A stretch of 63,267 nucleotides of DNA, the filler included, from Collodictyon triciliatum (taxonomy: Eukaryota), in NCBI GenBank assembly GCA_043381765.1. It is 4 parts of 4 records of this genome, joined end to end, with 100 filler letters (N's around TTAATTAATTAA, not from the genome) between each part and the next. Parts side by side here need not be neighbours in the genome. Positions count along the whole stretch, not along the records: positions 49,126 to 59,581 come from JBHJMP010001112.1; positions 59,682 to 63,267 come from JBHJMP010001193.1; 2 more parts are not named here. The stretch is one strand, 5' to 3'. Shown in pieces: positions 56,101-63,267 of the stretch (position 1 is the stretch's first letter; every line of letters begins with the position of its first letter). The notes under the pieces are model-generated. The model made no database searches. It was not told the DNA's origin and saw nothing but the letters and a program-made list of their open reading frames with translations. Made by a program: the position numbers and the translations under genes.

Positions 56101-59100
56101 TGTTGTTGTTTTGTTTGAAAGAGAAAAAAAGGAACTCACCTTCAGTCTCTTGATTCCCAACTCCATTTCCAGCCCCACCATTAGTTCCGTCTTGATTTGC
56201 TTGTTTGCTGAGGTCCTCGGCCGATGAGACTGATTGCGGAAGTGACTTCCTATGGGGTTAAGTGAAAAAAAATTGAATGATGGTTAAAATATATATTGAA
56301 CGTGATTATACTTTGAATCGAATAAAGGAAAAAATATTGAACGTGATTATTTTACGCATATCAAGTGATAAAGATTTATTATATAAATTAATTATAAAAT
56401 CTTGCGAATGTATAGATCATACAACAATCCACCAGAACTTACTTTCCCACTAAGTAGTACGTCTGCATCAAGCCTTTTCCCTTCACTTCTATTTTGGGTC
56501 TCTGCTCAAACTCAAAGTGAGACTTGAGGAGCTCTTGGAATTCAGATGTCACATGAATCCTCCCTGTCTCTCCATGTGATTGCATGCGACTTGCTTTATG
56601 TTGATTCAAAAGGAATCCATGTTAGTCTGGTAGCCAAATTCCGTGTGAAAAATAAAGTATGTATCTTGTCTTGCCTAGCTTTTTCCATGTAGCAATTTCA
56701 TATTTTTTTCGTGGCGATTAAATCTAAGTGAAATGACCGTGGATTTCATGATTCATTATGATTAAAATGTCTTGCCTGTGTTTACAGAGTCTCCCCAAAG
56801 GTCGTAAAGAAACTTAGTTTTACCTGGGTTATAATGTGCTTAATGAAAGTCCATTCAAGTGCATAGTTCCATACTTGAAAAAGATATACAATTCAGCTCT
56901 TCATTAATATGTATATTCGCATCTTTCATTGATATGTAAGATCTGTTCATATGATAACAAAAATGATGGTATTTCGGCCCTCATACCTATGACTCCAGCC
57001 ACTACAGGGCCTGTATGTATTCCAATTGTTATTTGGATGGTTCTTCGCTTCATCACTGATAACCCTTCCACCTGAAAAAATTGCAGTTATTCTTCCATGA
57101 ATAATAATTAATGGCTATTTCATCATTGAGAGCCCCTCTATTCTATTGTTGATTGCTGGAGGGGAAAAATACTTACAGCTCGGAGCATATCGAGTGCAAA
57201 TGATGCCATCTTGCGCGCGCTGTGAATCGCTGGTATTGGTTCCGGTAACCCACATCCTACAAGGTAACCTGAACGACGATATGATAAAATATTCATAATT
57301 ATTCTCTTTTAATTTCTTCTTTCATAATATTAAAGAGATCCGATGAATGGAACATATGCGGTATGACAATATGTTTATGAATCATACCGTCTCCAATTGT
57401 CTTGATTTTCTCGATCTTGTAGGCCTGTGTAAGCCTATCAAAATTTCCCACAATTTCACCAAGCAGCGTAACAGCCTCTGTAGGAGGCAAAGAACGTGCG
57501 ATTTCGGTCCACCCGACAAGGTCGGCGAAAAGAACAGTGACATGACTGTATCCATCAGATATAACCTGGGGTGAGCAAAACCATCAGTGCATATTTTCTT
57601 TTTTTTTTTTTTTCCCCTCATCATTTCCGAGAGCCTTGAAATGTTTTGCATCACTTTATTGGTATGGTTATCAATTATTTCCTCACTTCCTCTCCGTCCA
57701 TCAATCTGCGTGCAATTTTATTAGGAAGAATGTTAAGCAGTAGCTTTTCCTACATTTCCAAGTAACCGTAAGGAAACAGGGCTGCGCTACAACTTTATCC
57801 TATTTATGAGATTGTCAGCACGAATGAATCGTGTATTACCGTAACCATCTTTTCTTTGACGACTTCTTCAGTGTGTTTCAGAATACCAGCACGACGAATC
57901 TGAATCATGTTGTGTTGTATTAAGTATCTCTTCTATATTATATATATATCTACTCGAATGAACGCATAATGACTACCATAATTAAAAAAATCGTTATATC
58001 TAAACAATTCAATCGTTTAATCAGGCACATACATCTTGTCTACGGTTAGCCAGTTCGCTCTTGTAGCAAGTGACCAGCATGGGTCCAGTGGTCATGATAA
58101 TGTAGATGAGATTCTCGAGATAGTCCAAGGGCTCCGTGGTGGGGAAGAGCGAGATGAAGATGAAGTAGATAATGTCAATTATCACAGACAATAGGAGTGC
58201 TTCCTGTGGGTAGGGGGAAAAAAAAGTTGCTCAGATTTTTTTGGGTATTTCGGCTATTAAATCCTCTTTCATGTGTGTGTGAAAGTTCTTTAAGAGGGTG
58301 GATATGAGACTTATTATCCTACGCGAAACGGCTTTGAATCGAATAAAGGGGAAAAAAATCCTACGCGAAACGGGAATCGCAGAGCCATGACAATGGCATA
58401 TTGAGCAATCGTGTACACCACTGAAAGGTAACGAGCATCGGAGATTGTAATCATGTACGGCTCGTCCAAATCAAAGTCGGTAAAGAAGCGGGCCACTCCT
58501 AGTCCCGTTACTTCAAAGATGCCGAGGGCTGCCACCAGAGACATGTGGTAATGATGAATCCATCTACAGCAGGTTTATTTATGAATTATTAGATAAAGAG
58601 GATCTCTAACTTCGACTGCTGTAAAAAATAACAGAGTTGTTCTATATTTGCTGAAAAGAGACACACACAAATACAAAAAAAATGTAACAACGAGGTCATG
58701 GAATAGTCTGGTACTTTTGTCCTAGCATATAGAGGACGATGGCAGTGATGAAGACCATCACGGCGTATGTGAGCATGAGTCCGACTTTCTGGTGAGTGAG
58801 AACATAGAGTCCGACGAAGGAGCTGAGTGCAAAGGCAATAAAGCCGCAAAAGATTTTGTGCATGAGCGTTGAGGAATAGAAGGTCTTTTGGAAATACTCG
58901 TCTTCGAGCGTCTCATCCTAAATGCGGAAAATATCTCATTATTGTTGCTCTTGTCCCCGTGGTTACTGTTTTCTTAATAATTTTGGCTAAAACCATAATG
59001 TATGAACCGTCTGTTTGAATTAACTTACGATAAACTTCATGAAGCGCCCCATCGCGTACTTTGCCTCGACTTCCTTTGCAATATTGGCATCCATTTCTTC

Positions 59101-59283
59101 GACGTTGTCTTTGCGATTCCACACGTTGGACAGATCTCCGATGTCCATCAGCCCGCCGGTGGCTGTGGATGACAGCGACATACGAAGCAGCTTCGCTTCG
59201 TCAACCGGCCCATTTGCCACGCTGCCGCCTGCGTTGCCTTTGGACAGCCCGTAGGGTGATGAGTCATCTTTGAGGTGCGACAT
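53136..59283 (-). CDS. Membrane class III adenylyl cyclase, M1-C-M2-C architecture
   Basis: Two hydrophobic blocks, each followed by NILP and a cyclase domain. Domain 1: FADLVG, EKIKTIGDGY, YDLWGDSVNTASRM, VKGKG. Domain 2: FADIVG, EKIKTIGDAY, FDIWGENVNVASKM. The Lys/Asp pairs indicate ATP specificity. Confidence 0.9.
56310..56333 (+). mobile_element. Micro-element copy A with 17-bp TSD
   Basis: ATATTGAACGTGATTAT (56293-56309) - ACTTTGAATCGAATAAAGGAAAAA - ATATTGAACGTGATTAT (56334-56350). Confidence 0.8.
58332..58357 (+). mobile_element. Micro-element copy B with 16-bp TSD spanning a splice donor
   Basis: ATCCTACGCGAAACGG (58316-58331) - CTTTGAATCGAATAAAGGGGAAAAAA - ATCCTACGCGAAACGG (58358-58373). 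Confidence 0.8.
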
Positions 59284-59476
59284 TTGTAGCTAATCAGCTT
59301 TGATCCTTTTCTGGTCCCAGTTGGTACTTTATCTGCTAGTGACTGGGGGGATTTGATGTGTTCTGCGGTTGGAAAGAGAAAAGAAAAAAATGGTGAGCTC
59401 TTTGGTGAAGTACTGGTCATGATATTGACCGAAAGACAAGTGTATTTTCTATCCTTCTGATAATTGACCGTCTTCT

Positions 59477-59510
<34 letters not shown>

Positions 59511-59581
59511 AACAACCCCCAACAAAAAAAAAAAAAAAAACCCCCCAAAAAACCCCCCAAACACCCAAAAACACAAAAAAA

Positions 59582-59681
59582 NNNNNNNNNNNNNNNNNNN
59601 NNNNNNNNNNNNNNNNNNNNNNNNNTTAATTAATTAANNNNNNNNNNNNNNNNNNNNNNNNNNNNNNNNNNNNNNNNNNNN
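59582..59681. other. Artificial assembly spacer N44-TTAATTAATTAA-N44
   Basis: Linker at 59626-59637. Confidence 0.97.
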
Positions 59682-60508
59682 TCCCCCCCCCAAAAAAAAT
59701 TTTTTTTTTTTTTACAAACCCCCAACTTCCCCAAAAAAAAAAAAAAAAAAAAACCTGCTTGGCCATGTGGCTCGGCCGTCTCCCCCACCACCATCCTTTC
59801 AAATCCCAATTACCTGAATGATTAAAGAAAAGAAAATGAATTGTTTGAGCACGAGAAGATTGAACCCACCCTTACAAGAGAAGAGTTGAGAAACAAAACA
59901 AACTGAAGCAAAAGCACCCATCATCTGCTCCACCAACTGCGTCCCACGCAACCAAGTAACTCTGTCTCTCCTTGTAAAGAAACCAAACAAGACAATCACT
60001 GCCTCCTCGAAACACTCTCCTCCCACACGCCACCGAAACGAAAAGCACAAACACGCCTCATTCATGCCCGCGCGTCTGAAAGGAAAAGAAAGTGGGTGGG
60101 AGATTGGCAAAGATACCGACGCATGCAACAACAAAAAAAAAAAATCACTCTTCTCTATCACAACCATTCATCATCCAATGTCCTTCTTTAAGCCATCCCA
60201 TCACACCACAGCATCACAGATACGCACTTGACTGAAGAGAAAAACAGTAGAAAGAATGAGAGGAGTAGGGCTTCTGTGTCATACCAGAGCACGGGATTAG
60301 GACGAAACAACACAACAACAACAACAACAACAACAACAGGGAGAGCACGAAAGGCAGTTTGACAGACTCACTCACACACTCCTCTCACCTTTTCCCAAGA
60401 GCAGAGGACGATAGATACGCACAAAGAACAGAGACAAGAGACCCGCCCGCAAACGCCAAGCAGATCAGCCCATGGGGCCGCCCTGATCTCCCTGGCTGAT
60501 CTGCACAG

Positions 60509-61208
60509 CAACGATCGCAAGGACAAGGACAAGGACAAGGACAAGCTCAAAAAGCAGGTGAGGCGATCAGTTCACAGCCGCCTTCGAAGGAGGAGCTGCA
60601 GTTGGCCAGGGGGAAGTGCATCCTGGAGATCATCGGTATTTTCTGTGCCCTTAATTTTTTTGTTTACATTTTGTTATTTACGGTTTCTATTGTTATTATT
60701 ATTATTATTATGGGGTTCATTGTTACTATTATGTTTTATCTGGTATTTCCTCTTTCCTGTCCTTTCGTTGCCTTCTCTGCTTTCCTAGAGATGAAGGAGC
60801 GTCTGTTCGAGTCACTCAAGGACGATGCGCAGATTGCGTTTCAGGCTGTGGTTGAGAATGCGGCAGTAATGGCGAAGCCGGAGACATACAAAACCTGCGC
60901 CGTGCTGGTATACACAAGTCTCTGGGGGGACTCGTGGGTTTTCCATATTATTTTTGTTCCCTTCGGATTCCTTTTTCTTTTTCTTCTTTCTCTATCATAT
61001 GCACGCGCAGATTCACAAAAGGTAAAAAAAAAAAAAGAATAATAAGACAAACGCTATCCATCTCTGTATTCAATTAACTGTGGTGTTTTCACCTGCATTG
61101 GCGAGTTTGATGGATTCTAACTTTACAATTCATCCAACATACAATGTGTCCAGGAAACGAATCGTGGAGTATGTAAGTTCGACGGTCTCAAAAGGAGGAA
61201 AGTCGTAA
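60509..61208 (+). CDS. Small hypothetical protein, 5' end unresolved, probable 11-nt microexon
   Basis: GC-rich exons joined by GT-AG introns give ...PSKEELQLARGKCILEIIEMKERLFESLKDDAQIAFQAVVENAAVMAKPETYKTCAVL|IHKR|KRIVEYVSSTVSKGGKS-TAA. Confidence 0.5.
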
Positions 61209-61559
61209 GCTCCGCAGCCACTGTGAATGACTCGCAAAAAAAAAAAAAGAGTACAAAGTGCGAAAAACATGCATAGAAAGGGAGGGATAATAAAATAAAG
61301 ATCAATATACACAAGCAGGCATGTAAATTGATGTATCCTTGAAATGTGATTATTTATAAACCCTACAGTCCGAAGAGAAGAAAACTATTGCATATTGAAA
61401 ATTAAAAAAAATGCATTTATTGCAACCTGCAACGAAAATAATACTCTTGGTCAGGTTTTCTTTATTTCAATGCGCTCTTGTCTATTTTCGTTTGCGATTT
61501 CTTTTTAGGGCTTTGAGAAGCAGGCCACGCATAAACAGAAACGAAGCAAAACTCATTTG

Positions 61560-63267
<1,708 letters not shown>

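Noticed and set aside
61209-61290. SECIS-like ATGA...AA element that could recode the TGA at 60497
   Set aside because: No adequate helix II or matching non-Watson-Crick quartet; a selenoprotein is unsupported.

Overview
Intron-rich eukaryotic DNA from a flagellated organism (standard code; species not identifiable from sequence alone). Three artificial 100-nt N44-TTAATTAATTAA-N44 spacers split it into four segments, so gene adjacency across them is unproven. Genes reconstructed by manual splicing: DNAH6-type inner-arm dynein heavy chain, a 4-exon multi-pass membrane protein missed by the ORF track, ARL2, two tandem TKL-like pseudokinases, a GYG-pore cyclic-nucleotide-binding-domain channel, a type II membrane sulfotransferase, TOR (~67 introns), HAS1/DDX18 helicase, a two-domain membrane adenylyl cyclase with apparently inverted catalytic halves, a small hypothetical gene and an AADAT-like aminotransferase. 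The most unusual signal is a ~25-nt dispersed element, CTTTGAATCGAATAAAGG(A)n. It occurs in three introns, with a variant fourth copy in an intergenic/3' region. Two copies are flanked by perfect 16-17-bp target-site duplications, and one duplicates a 5' splice site in frame. This looks like a minimal retroposed micro-element.
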